Source: Candidatus Latescibacterota bacterium
GTDB lineage: Bacteria > Latescibacterota > UBA2968 > GCA-2709665
Length of the DNA: 64,000 nt
Assembly (NCBI GenBank): GCA_965248435.1
Contig: OZ252100.1
Location: 384,001-448,000 of the forward strand
Direction: 5' to 3'
In this document: piece after piece, positions 17,401-26,075 of the stretch
How positions within the stretch are numbered: position 1 is the first letter of the stretch
How the letters are laid out: the number at the start of each line of letters is the position of its first letter
Position numbers and translations under genes: made by a program
The notes under the pieces: model-generated
Database searches by the model: none
What the model saw: the letters and a program-made list of their open reading frames with translations, nothing else
Told to the model about the DNA's origin: nothing

Positions 17401-17871
17401 CTTGAAATAGACACATTCATCCCTGCCTTGGGTCTGACCCTGGATGCTGTCTCCAGTCTCCTGTTGATCGTCTTCGCCACCTTGATGGTAGTCCTGCTTT
17501 GGCGCGATTTCTTAAGGAGACTCTGGCTGTTCCTGGCTCTGTTTATGGTCGTCGTCCTTGTAGTTGGCGCGATAAGCTCGGCTGAAGACCTCAGCCATTT
17601 CGCGGTCCTGGCCGGTCTCAGCCTGATCCGATGGGCAGCACTCCTCTTTCTGATCCTCAGAGTCGTCAAGTGGAACCTTCTTGCTTATGCGATTGCGTTC
17701 TGGCTCAATGCCCTGATCCCCCACGGACTTTCCCTTCTGGACGAAGCGAACAGCTTTTACCAGGGTAACGGAATCGCCGTGCTTGTGGTCGGCGTGATAC
17801 CGATGATCATGACAGTGATCGCACACCTCAAAGACCGGCGAGTAGCGCCGTCGGTAGGAACGACTCAATAA
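14467..17871 (+). CDS. Large CPBP (Abi/CAAX type II) intramembrane glutamic endopeptidase with internally duplicated extracytoplasmic module
   Basis: GEEFLYR, WAFLH, ISHYAFN motifs. Repeated WxVRx(Y/F)xPLxKEE..DPxGR(I/V)xxF.H modules. Confidence 0.8.
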   Translation: MDKRDRVWVIVFLVLGAIGLASYLRLYEEASPVASLDFKLDREEAFEKARDYTERLGYSTGDYESAQIFSWDYEHQVFLERTLGLPEANRLAREWVSIWAWQVRWYKPLVKEEFRIHLDPGGRIVNFVHRILETDPGASLTQTDALPIAETFLTVTQGFDLADYELIEESSVERPARMDHTFTYRKRDFTVGDDGHYRLKVIVLGDRVGEFSEFLKVPESFSRNYREIRSRAGLLTSFFRVFHIALMVAILFVLVQRHRQGTLRWRGPLLIGIVVAVASIIAGVNALPLAYFGFETTESQSFFVLEFLAVALLASIYSGGVICLTGVSGGSLARQVLYSNRRNPLQGISIRRVFSPGFARSTIVGYGLAFSSLGYVTLFYIFGIRYLGVWVPADLTEYNNSFSTLLPWIEPLLVGLRASTGEEFLYRLFAIPLLIRWLKRPWLAVLLQAIIWAFLHSNYPQEPIYIRGLEITVVGVVYGAIFLRFGIWATVISHYAFNAFVGAFPMLISSSLYFQVSGGLVVGILFLPVLPAIYGMITGRYRYIEEEEEEMAVAESVQEPPPEETPQIRREWTHYRPDKRAWQIAVLLAIASASILIGLEKTPWFGRRTLTLAVTRSDAVTEAESFLRDAGLQLAGGHQTTWFESVLGSDDYVHLVRKAGVARADSLASALTTPWQWRVRRFRPLEKEEVQIGVDPDGRVTRFEHLIPENQPGDALEIEDARSIAETFVVTKFNRTVTDSVRYKLLEAESEKREARVDHRFVWERIDRKVEEGQFRTEVIVQGNTIGLVSAHYKAPEAFLRGLQEKKAKDFVSEVLPIILIVVTIVLAGRSLMRGHKEGALTWGFPIRIGAVVVLLRLLDYLNDLPIFYRGYDTRLAMGTFVGHQLIGLFISLAFTGLAVTLMVALAQALYHRTWPGQMPPDRWLNLLRLRPGSARLLRDGLFLGLILYVVKSCLGRLDNFVTYHWLADYLKPDSIQPLEIDTFIPALGLTLDAVSSLLLIVFATLMVVLLWRDFLRRLWLFLALFMVVVLVVGAISSAEDLSHFAVLAGLSLIRWAALLFLILRVVKWNLLAYAIAFWLNALIPHGLSLLDEANSFYQGNGIAVLVVGVIPMIMTVIAHLKDRRVAPSVGTTQ

Positions 17872-17887
17872 GGACGAGTATACGTTT

Positions 17888-18337
17888 ATGGGGGCTAGGA
17901 AAAGGGTAACGATCCGATCTCGCCTCGGAGAGCACGAAGGCGTTACGGATGGGATCGTTGCTTATTTTGACAGTCTGAACCAAAAGACGGGTGGTAAGAC
18001 CCGACACTTTGTAATTCTTGATCAGAATGTCGATCTGCAGCACGAGCCCTGGGATTGGAAGGACAGACGGTACGTCGATCTGGTGCAAGTCAAGAGCGTG
18101 GATGAATACCTCATCGAGCTGAAGGATCTTTATGTCGACATTATTATCGAGGGAAACGGCCCGACCTACCGCGTGATCGACCTGGAAGAGCTTGGAGACG
18201 CCCTTGAATCCGGTCAGATTCAGCTTTCGGAAATTGCAGGACCGCTTCGCAATCTTCAGCAGTTCCTGGATGGGCATGTCCACGGCGCGAAGGAGTTTCC
18301 TCCCGAGTGTATTCGACCTTTCATGACTTCGGTGTGA
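17888..18337 (+). CDS. DUF402-like protein
   Basis: YVDL..KDLYVDII..RVIDLEELGDALESGQI resembles the DUF402 pattern. Confidence 0.55.
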   Translation: MGARKRVTIRSRLGEHEGVTDGIVAYFDSLNQKTGGKTRHFVILDQNVDLQHEPWDWKDRRYVDLVQVKSVDEYLIELKDLYVDIIIEGNGPTYRVIDLEELGDALESGQIQLSEIAGPLRNLQQFLDGHVHGAKEFPPECIRPFMTSV

Positions 18338-18343
18338 CTAAAG

Positions 18344-19414
18344 ATGTCTGTGCGGATCGAGCCCATGTCTGAAGCGCACGTGGACAGTTTTCGCGAGGCC
18401 CTGGACTCCGTAGCCCGGGAACGCAAATACCTCGCCATGGTCCAGGCCCCTCCAATCGATCGAATGCGGGGCTGGATCGGAGGCAACATCGAGAAGGGAA
18501 ACCCTCAATTTGTCGCGGTCGATGGTGAAAGCGTAGTAGGCTGGTGTGACATCACGCCCAAAACACGAAAAGGGTTTGAGCATTCCGGCTCATTGGGTAT
18601 GGGTGTCCTGGCGGAATATCGACGCCAGGGCCTCGGAACGGCGCTCCTTTCAGCGGCGATGGGCAAAGCGAGGGAAGTCGGCCTTGAGCGAATCGAGCTC
18701 GAAGTCTTCGCCTCGAACACAGAAGCGATCAGCCTCTACGAGCGATTTGGATTCATTCGTGAAGGCTTGAAGGAGAAGAGCCGCAAGCTGGATGGAAAGT
18801 ACGAGGACCTTGTATTGATGGCGTGCTTTCTTGGTGGCGCGATCCCGGAGCGACAGGGCCCCAACTTCGCGGGACACGACCTTAACCTGGAGACAGAACG
18901 CCTCCTGCTTCGCCCGTTCGAGGACACCGACTTCGACATCGCGCTGCCGTTTTACCAGGATCGGGAATTTCGAGACCTTATGGAGGGCGATCCGGACGCA
19001 CAGATCACGCGCTCCTACCTCCAGCGTGCAGGAGACTCCATGTCCCGCGCCGGGTATTACTTTGCGATCGTAGACAGGTCGACCGGAATGCCGATCGGAG
19101 AGCTGTGCCTGCAGTGGATGAACCTGCCCAGGGCTAATGTTCGCACCGGTGAAAAAGTGATGCGAACACCGATTGGAATTTGGGACAAGTCACTCTGGAG
19201 GAAAGGATATGGCCGGGAGGCACTGAATTGCATCGTTGACTATGCTTTCAACACGATCGGTATCGACCGCCTCTGCGCGATGGACGTGAAACCAGAAAAC
19301 TTCCGATCCAGAGGCCTTTTCCAGGGCTGCGGGTTTAAGATCGTCCGAGAAATGGAGGACGGGACGCTTGACTTCGAGATCACGCGGGAAGAATACGAAA
19401 AGAGCGCGGAATAG
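18344..19414 (+). CDS. Tandem GNAT acetyltransferase fusion (YhhY-like plus RimJ/RimL-like)
   Basis: GMGVLAEYRRQGLG..N..AISLYERFGF, then LETERLLLRPF..LWRKGYGREAL..ENFRS. Confidence 0.85.
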   Translation: MSVRIEPMSEAHVDSFREALDSVARERKYLAMVQAPPIDRMRGWIGGNIEKGNPQFVAVDGESVVGWCDITPKTRKGFEHSGSLGMGVLAEYRRQGLGTALLSAAMGKAREVGLERIELEVFASNTEAISLYERFGFIREGLKEKSRKLDGKYEDLVLMACFLGGAIPERQGPNFAGHDLNLETERLLLRPFEDTDFDIALPFYQDREFRDLMEGDPDAQITRSYLQRAGDSMSRAGYYFAIVDRSTGMPIGELCLQWMNLPRANVRTGEKVMRTPIGIWDKSLWRKGYGREALNCIVDYAFNTIGIDRLCAMDVKPENFRSRGLFQGCGFKIVREMEDGTLDFEITREEYEKSAE

Positions 19415-19447
19415 ATTCATCTATCCTTTTACTGTAGCTATCAAAAC

Positions 19448-19484
19448 AAAACCTCGCGAGCAAAGTCAGCCTCGCAAGGTTTTT
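19448..19484. terminator. Bidirectional intrinsic terminator between convergent genes
   Basis: AAAACCTCGCGAG...CTCGCAAGGTTTTT. Confidence 0.6.
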
Positions 19485-19512
19485 CCTTTGGTCAATCCGT
19501 CAGGGATTTGAC

Positions 19513-20250
19513 TCAGGATGGTCGGTCCGCGATTTCGCGGACCCAGATATTGCGGTAACGCACGTTGTCCTTGTGGTCCTGGAGCCGAATCGGTCCCTTC
19601 GGAGGATGAAGCACGTAGGACGGCATCATCTTGTGGCCGGTCTTTCCAAGCAGCTCGGTGTGATGGTGTGCAACAACGCCGTTGTGAATCAGGGTCAAGT
19701 ATGCGGGAACGATAACTTTCTCACCCTCGAACGTCGGTGCAACGAAAATGATATCGTAGGTCTGCCACTCGCCCGGTTTGCGGCAGGCGTTTACCATCGG
19801 CGGATGCTGGCCGTAGATTGCCGCGGCGTGGCCGTCTGCATACGTCGGGTTGTCATAGCAGTCCAGCACCTGGATCTCATACTTGCTCATCATAAAGATG
19901 CCGCTGTTTCCACGGCCCTGGCTGTCTCCACTGACCTCCCGGGGTGAACACCACTCGATATGAAGCTGGCAGCTGCTGAAGTGCGCCCGGCTTTCTATGT
20001 CACCAGTCCGCGTCACCTCCATCACCCCGTCCACGAGTTTCCACCCGACATCCCCATCACGCCCGACCCAGTTCGAAAAATCGGTCCCGTCGAACAGCAC
20101 GGTCGCGTCAGAGGGAGCGTGACTGGCGATTTCCTCGGAGCTCAGAGGGCCCGGCGTGACGACGCCTGGATAAGGCCGATTCGGGTCGTGGACCTTCCAG
20201 GTCGTATCAGGAAGGATCGGTGTATCCTCATAGCCAAGGGGTGCTGACAT
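19513..20250 (-). CDS. DUF1080 (3-keto-disaccharide hydrolase-like) protein
   Basis: APSDATVLFDG, GRGNSGI, YEIQVLD, GEWQTYDI, LQDH..VRYRNIW. Confidence 0.9.
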   Translation of the reverse strand: MSAPLGYEDTPILPDTTWKVHDPNRPYPGVVTPGPLSSEEIASHAPSDATVLFDGTDFSNWVGRDGDVGWKLVDGVMEVTRTGDIESRAHFSSCQLHIEWCSPREVSGDSQGRGNSGIFMMSKYEIQVLDCYDNPTYADGHAAAIYGQHPPMVNACRKPGEWQTYDIIFVAPTFEGEKVIVPAYLTLIHNGVVAHHHTELLGKTGHKMMPSYVLHPPKGPIRLQDHKDNVRYRNIWVREIADRPS

Positions 20251-20402
20251 CCGATATCTCCTCGCGAAATAATTGTGTATGCCTGTACCCCGCAAGGTAG
20301 CCGGGCTTCCCTCGGTGTGTCAAGTGGTCTGTTGAAGGGAGGAACGAAAAAGTTCGTCTAAACCTGTGGAGACGCTCGTCCCGCTATCAGTTCGCGTAAA
20401 TC

Positions 20403-20500
20403 TGGAGTAATGCAGGACTGGAGTAATGGAGTATTTGGAAAGACTAAAATCCAGGCCCCCTATATCCAATACTCCAATACCCCATTACTCCAAGACTCCA
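20403..20500. repeat. Inverted pair of 8-bp tandem arrays (TGGAGTAA / TACTCCAA)
   Basis: TGGAGTAA..TGGAGTAATGGAGTAT, then ATCCAATACTCCAATACCCCATTACTCCAAGACTCCA. Confidence 0.75.
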
Positions 20501-20526
20501 GCGACCCCGTTCCTGTTTGTTTCGTC

Positions 20527-20555
20527 TTGACTCGCTTATTCAACCCGTCTATATT
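20527..20555 (+). promoter_or_regulatory. Sigma70-like promoter for the RND permease
   Basis: TTGACT-17 bp-TATATT. Confidence 0.6.
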
Positions 20556-20596
20556 TTCACAAGTAAGCAACTGCTATCATCACGGTGGGGTGAAAC

Positions 20597-23500
20597 GTGA
20601 AGCTTTCCGAGTTTTCCATCCAGCGCCCGATTACGACCCTCATGGTCACACTCAGCGTTCTCGTGCTGGGCGCGATCTCCCTCCAGCGCCTCCCCCTCGA
20701 GTACCTCCCCAACTTCACCTGGCCCGCAATGTATATCAACGTGAACTACCCCTCCTCCTCTCCCGAAGAGGTGGAGCAGGAGATCACGCGTCCGATCGAG
20801 GAAGTGATGGGGACGCTTCCACACGTCAAATCGATCAGCGCGAGTTCCTACGACAACCGCTCCTCGATTCGTCTGGAGTTCGAGTTCGCGACCGACATGG
20901 ACCTGATGGCTGTCCACGTCCGGGACAGGCTGGATCAGGTGCGCGGAGACCTCCCGGACGACGTGGAACAGATTCAGATCCGAAGGTGGAACACCGAGGA
21001 CTTTCCGATTCTTTACTACTCCATGGCCTGGCTCGAGTCCGATCAGGAGGAACTTAGTCAGGTATTCGATCACGTAATCCTTCCTCGACTCCAGAGACTG
21101 GAAGGCGTAGGCAGCGTCGAGCTGAGAGGCCTGGAGGAGAAGGCGCTTCTGGTCGAAGTAAATCAGAACCTCCTGAGCACCCACAAGCTGGATATTCGAT
21201 CCCTGAACCGTGCGATCAGCTCGAACAATGTCAATGTGTCGGCCGGATATATCGAGGAAGCGGATAAACGTTTTGCGGTGAGGGCAGTCGGGGAGTTCGA
21301 CCAGGTGTCACAGATCCGGGAATTGCCGCTCAGGAATGACCTGACGATCGATGATGTCGCAGATGTCAATTACGATTACCCCGAAAGAACCAGTTTCGAA
21401 CGACTCGGCGGGCGAGAAGCCATCTCCCTGAGCGTCCGGAAATCGTCCACCGCCAATCTGGTCGCCACGGCAGACCGGGTCAAGCGGGAAATGGAAAAGA
21501 TCGTAGACGAAATCGGTCGGACCAAACTCAGGGCCCAGATCGTCAGAGATCGCTCCCTGGATGTCACGACCGGCGTCCGAAACCTGATCCAGTCTGCCGC
21601 GTTGGGAGGCATTTTGGCCATCTCGGTCATCTTTCTTTTCCTCCGCAATTTCCGGAGTACGGTAATCATCGGATCGGCGATCCCGATCTCCGCCCTCTGC
21701 GTCTTCATGATCATGTATCTGCTTCGCCAGCTGTTTGATGCCTCGATCACGCTCAATCTGATCTCGATGATGGGGTTGATGGTCGCCGTGGGCATGCTCG
21801 TGGATCCGGCGGTTGTCACCCTGGAGAACATCTTCCGTAAACGCTTCGACGAAGGGCAGGACGCCTGGACCGCAGCTATGGAAGGCAGCAGGGAGATCGG
21901 CATGCCCGTCCTGGCAGCCTCGATGACGACCATCTGTGTGTTCGTCCCGATCGTGTTCGTGACCGACTCCCGCACGTCGCTCATCATGAGGGATTTCGCG
22001 CTCACGGTCTGCATATCCGTCGTGGCCTCTTTTTGCGTCGCGATGACCCTGATTCCCCTCGCGGGCTCACGAATCTTCAAGGATGGAACAGGGAATCTCG
22101 ATCGCCGGCTCAAGGTCTGGGCGGGACTCGCAGCTATGAGCCTGCTGGTGCTGGTAGCGCTCTGGGTGGGACCTCGGGAGCTGGCGGCCTGGGGATACCA
22201 AAACTTCACTCGCCTCCTGGTGGGACTTGCAGTCATCGAATTACGTATCTGGATCATACTAGGTATCGCTGCCGCCGCCGTCTTTGGACTGTACTACCCC
22301 ATCCGGCACGTCGGAATCAGACGGGTCTACACCCACATGATCAACGCCACGCTTACCTACCGGTGGACGACCATCGCCGCAGCCTCTATTCTGCTGGCCT
22401 TCGCGATTCACCTATTCGGGCAGATCGAAAAACAGCCATATCGATGGCAGCCCACGCGTCGGGTGACCTTCACCGTGGAGATGCCGAGAAACTATGCGCT
22501 GGAGGACGCCGTTTCCCTCTTCGAGGGCATCGAAAACCTGTTGATGCCTAAGAAGGCCGAACTCGACATCGACGCAATCAGCACCACCTTCAGCGACAGA
22601 AGAAGCAACCGGATTTCGCTTTACCTCGTACCCGCCGATAAGAGCATGTTAACGACCGACGAAGTCAAGCGAAAGGTTGCCGCACTGCTCCCGAAGGACA
22701 TCCCCGGTGTCCGGTTCAAGACCGGACGGACCCGAGGAAGCAATTCCACGGGAGTCGGTTTGGACATCAAAGGGCGGGACATCGCGGTGTTGGAAATGCT
22801 CGCTGAAGATATCGAGATTCAGATGCAGGGCATGCAGGGTGTCCACGACATCGAGACGAGTCTGGAAAGCGGGAAGGAGGAGATCCGTGTAACGGTCAAC
22901 CGCCAGCGAGCGCTCCGGTACGGCCTCTCCCCCAGACAGATTGCAACCACCGTCGCAACGGCCCTGGGTACTCGAGGGAGCAGCAAGTTCAAGACGGACG
23001 AAAGGGAGATCGATATCACCGTGCAACTGAGGGAAGAGGACCGGACGTCACTCGAGCAGCTCAAGAACGCCCAGTTCGAGAGTGACGCGGGGAGCCTCGT
23101 CTCCTTCGCCACCCTGGCCGATTTCCAGCTTCGAAAGGGCCCGAAGGCGATCACCCGCGAGGACCGGATGGCCACCGTCACGGTCTTTGCGAATACGGAA
23201 CAGTCGGCAATCTACCGGGTGGGCAGGGAGATGATGGGGCGCATGGAGAGCATCCCCTTGCCGAACGGATACAGCTGGAAAATGGGACGGTCGTTCCGCC
23301 GGATGTCCCAGGAACAGGGTGAAACCAACTTCACGATCTTCTTTGCGATCATTCTGATCTACCTCATTATGGCCTCGCTCTTCGAATCCTATGCCCACCC
23401 GTCCACCATCCTGTTCTCCATCGGGTTCGGGTTCATTGGGGTCGTTTTTGGACTCTACATATTCAACATCCCGATGGACAGCAACGCCTCATACGGCCTC

Positions 23501-23860
23501 CTCATTCTCTTCGGCATCGTCGTGAACAACGGCATCGTGCTCATCGATCACGTCAATCGGTATCGCCAAATGGGTCTGGCCCGAAGAGATGCGATCATCC
23601 GGGGCGGGCAGGACCGGTTGCGACCCATCCTAATGACCGCTACGACTACAATTCTCGGACTGACGCCTCTCGTCGTCCCGATGATTTACGGGATGGCTGA
23701 AGGCACCGCCCGACGCTTTGGCCCTATCGGGCTCGTCGTCATTTCCGGTCTTGCCGTGTCCACAATCCTCACTCTGGTCATTCTGCCCACCATCTACTCC
23801 CTGATCGACGACCTGGCAAACCGCACGAAACGCGTCGTTGCTCTGGCACTCGCCCGGTGA
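20597..23860 (+). CDS. RND efflux permease (AcrB/AcrD/AcrF family)
   Basis: FSIQRPITT, GMLVDPAVVTLENI, GIVVNNGIVL, RLRPILMT. 1087 aa. Confidence 0.95.
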   Translation: MKLSEFSIQRPITTLMVTLSVLVLGAISLQRLPLEYLPNFTWPAMYINVNYPSSSPEEVEQEITRPIEEVMGTLPHVKSISASSYDNRSSIRLEFEFATDMDLMAVHVRDRLDQVRGDLPDDVEQIQIRRWNTEDFPILYYSMAWLESDQEELSQVFDHVILPRLQRLEGVGSVELRGLEEKALLVEVNQNLLSTHKLDIRSLNRAISSNNVNVSAGYIEEADKRFAVRAVGEFDQVSQIRELPLRNDLTIDDVADVNYDYPERTSFERLGGREAISLSVRKSSTANLVATADRVKREMEKIVDEIGRTKLRAQIVRDRSLDVTTGVRNLIQSAALGGILAISVIFLFLRNFRSTVIIGSAIPISALCVFMIMYLLRQLFDASITLNLISMMGLMVAVGMLVDPAVVTLENIFRKRFDEGQDAWTAAMEGSREIGMPVLAASMTTICVFVPIVFVTDSRTSLIMRDFALTVCISVVASFCVAMTLIPLAGSRIFKDGTGNLDRRLKVWAGLAAMSLLVLVALWVGPRELAAWGYQNFTRLLVGLAVIELRIWIILGIAAAAVFGLYYPIRHVGIRRVYTHMINATLTYRWTTIAAASILLAFAIHLFGQIEKQPYRWQPTRRVTFTVEMPRNYALEDAVSLFEGIENLLMPKKAELDIDAISTTFSDRRSNRISLYLVPADKSMLTTDEVKRKVAALLPKDIPGVRFKTGRTRGSNSTGVGLDIKGRDIAVLEMLAEDIEIQMQGMQGVHDIETSLESGKEEIRVTVNRQRALRYGLSPRQIATTVATALGTRGSSKFKTDEREIDITVQLREEDRTSLEQLKNAQFESDAGSLVSFATLADFQLRKGPKAITREDRMATVTVFANTEQSAIYRVGREMMGRMESIPLPNGYSWKMGRSFRRMSQEQGETNFTIFFAIILIYLIMASLFESYAHPSTILFSIGFGFIGVVFGLYIFNIPMDSNASYGLLILFGIVVNNGIVLIDHVNRYRQMGLARRDAIIRGGQDRLRPILMTATTTILGLTPLVVPMIYGMAEGTARRFGPIGLVVISGLAVSTILTLVILPTIYSLIDDLANRTKRVVALALAR

Positions 23861-24537
23861 AACCACCCGCCGTCGTCCTCTTGAGCGGCGGGTTGGATAG
23901 CTGTGTCACCGCTGCGATCGCCGCCCAATCTCACGACCTCGCACTGCTCCATCTCGACTACGCCCATCGCACCCACGATAGAGAGCGCAAGGCCTTCTGC
24001 GACATCGCCGACTTCTTTGGCGTGCCTCCCGAAAGTCGGATGATCGTGGAGTCAAACTATCTCTCCCGGATCGGGGGGTCCGCACTCACCGATCCAGCCA
24101 TTCCCATTCCACAGACTGAGCCCCGGTCCTCCGGTAGACTACCCGCAACCTATGTCCCCTTCCGTAATGCGCACCTCCTTTCCCTGGGCGTCTCCTGGGC
24201 GGAGACGATCGGGGCGGGCGCAGTATACATCGGCGTCGTAGAAGAAGACAGTTCCGGATACCCTGACTGCACGAAGGCCTTCTGTTCGGCCTTCGGAGCG
24301 GCCGCCGCCGCGGGGACCCGCGACCGTATCGAAATCCTCACGCCCGTGATCGACCATACGAAGTCTGAAATCGTGCGGCTCGGAGACCGGCTGTGTGCTC
24401 CCCTGGAGCTCACCTGGTCCTGCTATGGGCTCGAAGGGCCAGCCTGCGGTAGATGTGAAAGCTGCCGCCTCCGGAAAAATGCATTCCGGGAGGCAGGCAT
24501 ACCTGACCTGATACCCTACGCCGACCTCACGTCCTAG
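23857..24537 (+). CDS. queC: 7-cyano-7-deazaguanine synthase
   Basis: SGGLDS, TYVPFRN, GYPDC, TWSCY..CGRCESC. Confidence 0.95.
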   Translation: MKPPAVVLLSGGLDSCVTAAIAAQSHDLALLHLDYAHRTHDRERKAFCDIADFFGVPPESRMIVESNYLSRIGGSALTDPAIPIPQTEPRSSGRLPATYVPFRNAHLLSLGVSWAETIGAGAVYIGVVEEDSSGYPDCTKAFCSAFGAAAAAGTRDRIEILTPVIDHTKSEIVRLGDRLCAPLELTWSCYGLEGPACGRCESCRLRKNAFREAGIPDLIPYADLTS

Positions 24538-24559
24538 AATCCTGGCCCACCACCACAAC

Positions 24560-24596
24560 AAAAAACGGGGGACGCGAATGCTACGCGCCCCCCGTT
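24560..24596 (-). terminator. Intrinsic terminator between convergent genes
   Basis: AACGGGGG..CGCG / CGCG..CCCCCGTT stem, with the T-run on the minus strand. Confidence 0.65.
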
Positions 24597-24614
24597 CCTC
24601 CCTCCCCACCCCAG

Positions 24615-24944
24615 CTACGCCTCATCCTCCTCAAGATCCATCGGTCCTTTCGTCCGGGTCAGTTCTTGAAGGACCTCTTCGTTGGATGTCTTGAGACCGT
24701 CTATCTCCTTCTCCATCCGACCGACTTCCCCCTCCAGCGAAATCTGCTGGCGGGTCAATGAGGTCTCTTCGCGTTCCGCCAGACGCCTTTCATTACGGAA
24801 TTGCTTCAGCCGTTCCTCCACACGCTTGCATTTGGCCTCTGCGTCCCGAAGGCGCTGGTTCAGTTTCACCATTCGGGTGACCGTACCGTATTTCAAGGCC
24901 AGGACCAGGATCAACATAATGAATGTCAGGATTTCCAGAAACAT
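24615..24944 (-). CDS. Small N-terminal TM plus coiled-coil protein
   Basis: MFLEILTFIMLILVLALKY followed by heptad-rich E/K/R sequence. AGGAG RBS. Confidence 0.7.
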   Translation of the reverse strand: MFLEILTFIMLILVLALKYGTVTRMVKLNQRLRDAEAKCKRVEERLKQFRNERRLAEREETSLTRQQISLEGEVGRMEKEIDGLKTSNEEVLQELTRTKGPMDLEEDEA

Positions 24945-24990
24945 GAACTGTCTCCTATTCTGGGTCTGGAGACACATCGGCTGAGTGCAT

Positions 24991-25326
24991 CTAAGCGGCG
25001 ACGGAACGCCACTTCCCCTTCAGCCGCTCCTTGAAGACTTCAATCTCAATTTTTTGTTTCTTCGTGCTCTCAGACTCGATTGACCTTCGCAGGGCCACGA
25101 TTCTGCGACTCATGTCCGAGACGTTCGACCTCAGCCACGAGATCCTCTCGTGGACCTCACCACTCTGGACCTCCTCGGAGTCCAGCTCACACACGAGGTC
25201 CACAGCCTCTATCTGCAGATGCTCGATACGCGGGCGAATCTGAATCGAGTAGTTCGTGTAGTCCAAGAAGATCGTTCCCGCGTAGATCATCGCGCCGATA
25301 ATCAAGACGACAAATACCCATTCCAT
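24991..25326 (-). CDS. Small N-terminal TM plus coiled-coil protein
   Basis: MEWVFVVLIIGAMIYAGTIFL followed by coiled coil. Lies downstream of a sigma54 promoter. Confidence 0.7.
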   Translation of the reverse strand: MEWVFVVLIIGAMIYAGTIFLDYTNYSIQIRPRIEHLQIEAVDLVCELDSEEVQSGEVHERISWLRSNVSDMSRRIVALRRSIESESTKKQKIEIEVFKERLKGKWRSVAA

Positions 25327-25415
25327 TCTTGCTTGCCCCTTTCCGACGACTGGCCTTCGTCCCAAACGGTGTGTGTGTCGGCAACAGAGGGGAACTGCAA
25401 CCAGACGAGTTAGAA

Positions 25416-25431
25416 TGCAATTCAGGTGCCA
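25416..25431 (-). promoter_or_regulatory. Sigma54 (-24/-12) promoter
   Basis: Minus strand reads TGGCAC-CTGAA-TTGCA, a consensus match. IHF-like TAACAA-N4-TTA at ~25462-25474. Confidence 0.8.
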
Positions 25432-25580
25432 AAACTTTGAATGTACACATACATCGTGCAATAACAATGAGTTATGTTAATAATCGGAGCCCGTTCAACA
25501 TGGGGTAATCGGTCGAATTTGTAACGTTTCGTTACTTATCGAACGGGGGTCCCACGCCCTCCGGAGAGACGATGGATGAC

Positions 25581-25613
25581 AAAAAAATAGGAGGCGATTG
25601 CCTATCGCCTCCT
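25581..25613 (-). terminator. Intrinsic terminator
   Basis: AGGAGGCGAT/ATCGCCTCCT perfect 10-bp stem, with T7 on the minus strand. Confidence 0.7.
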
Positions 25614-25651
25614 TCTTCGCTTCACTGTGCCGGGCCCAAAAAACGGGTCTT

Positions 25652-25942
25652 CTATCGCCAACTTTTCTCGATCCGCTCCTCCAGCTCGGTGTTTCTTTGT
25701 TCCTGCTCTGTGATATCCGTTTTCAGCGTGTCGAGCTTTTGCTCAAGCAAGTCGATTCCACGCTGTGCCGATTTCTCCTCGCTCTCCAGCTCTTCCCGCG
25801 CTCGGCACAGGTTATTATGTTTCGTTTCCAGGCGCAGAGATCGCTCATCTTGGTGGCTGTAATCCACCAGTGAGCGTTCCCCAATTAAGGGACACACGAT
25901 CTCGTAAGACCCCACCTTTGCCCCAGAAAGGAGCATAGCCAA
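25652..25942 (-). CDS. Short coiled-coil protein (start uncertain, possibly degenerate)
   Basis: C-terminal half is a clear coiled coil, followed by a terminator. Confidence 0.4.
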   Translation of the reverse strand: MAMLLSGAKVGSYEIVCPLIGERSLVDYSHQDERSLRLETKHNNLCRAREELESEEKSAQRGIDLLEQKLDTLKTDITEQEQRNTELEERIEKSWR

Positions 25943-26075
25943 GCCATGTTTGGTTCACCACAACCATCAGTGCTCGATCAGCCGATAATTCCCTTAACAA
26001 ACCCCTACAGACTCAGTAATATGCGGAAAATTAGCCCTCCTTGGATATCATTGACGCAGAGGGAGGTAAATTCCC

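Noticed and set aside
14467-17871. CPBP 'Abi' protein as an abortive-infection defence gene
   Set aside because: The Abi name of this family is historical, and nothing in the context suggests phage defence.
23857-24537. queC as part of a Dpd or QatABCD-type defence system
   Set aside because: It is a canonical-length housekeeping QueC with no dpdA, TatD or ATPase neighbours.
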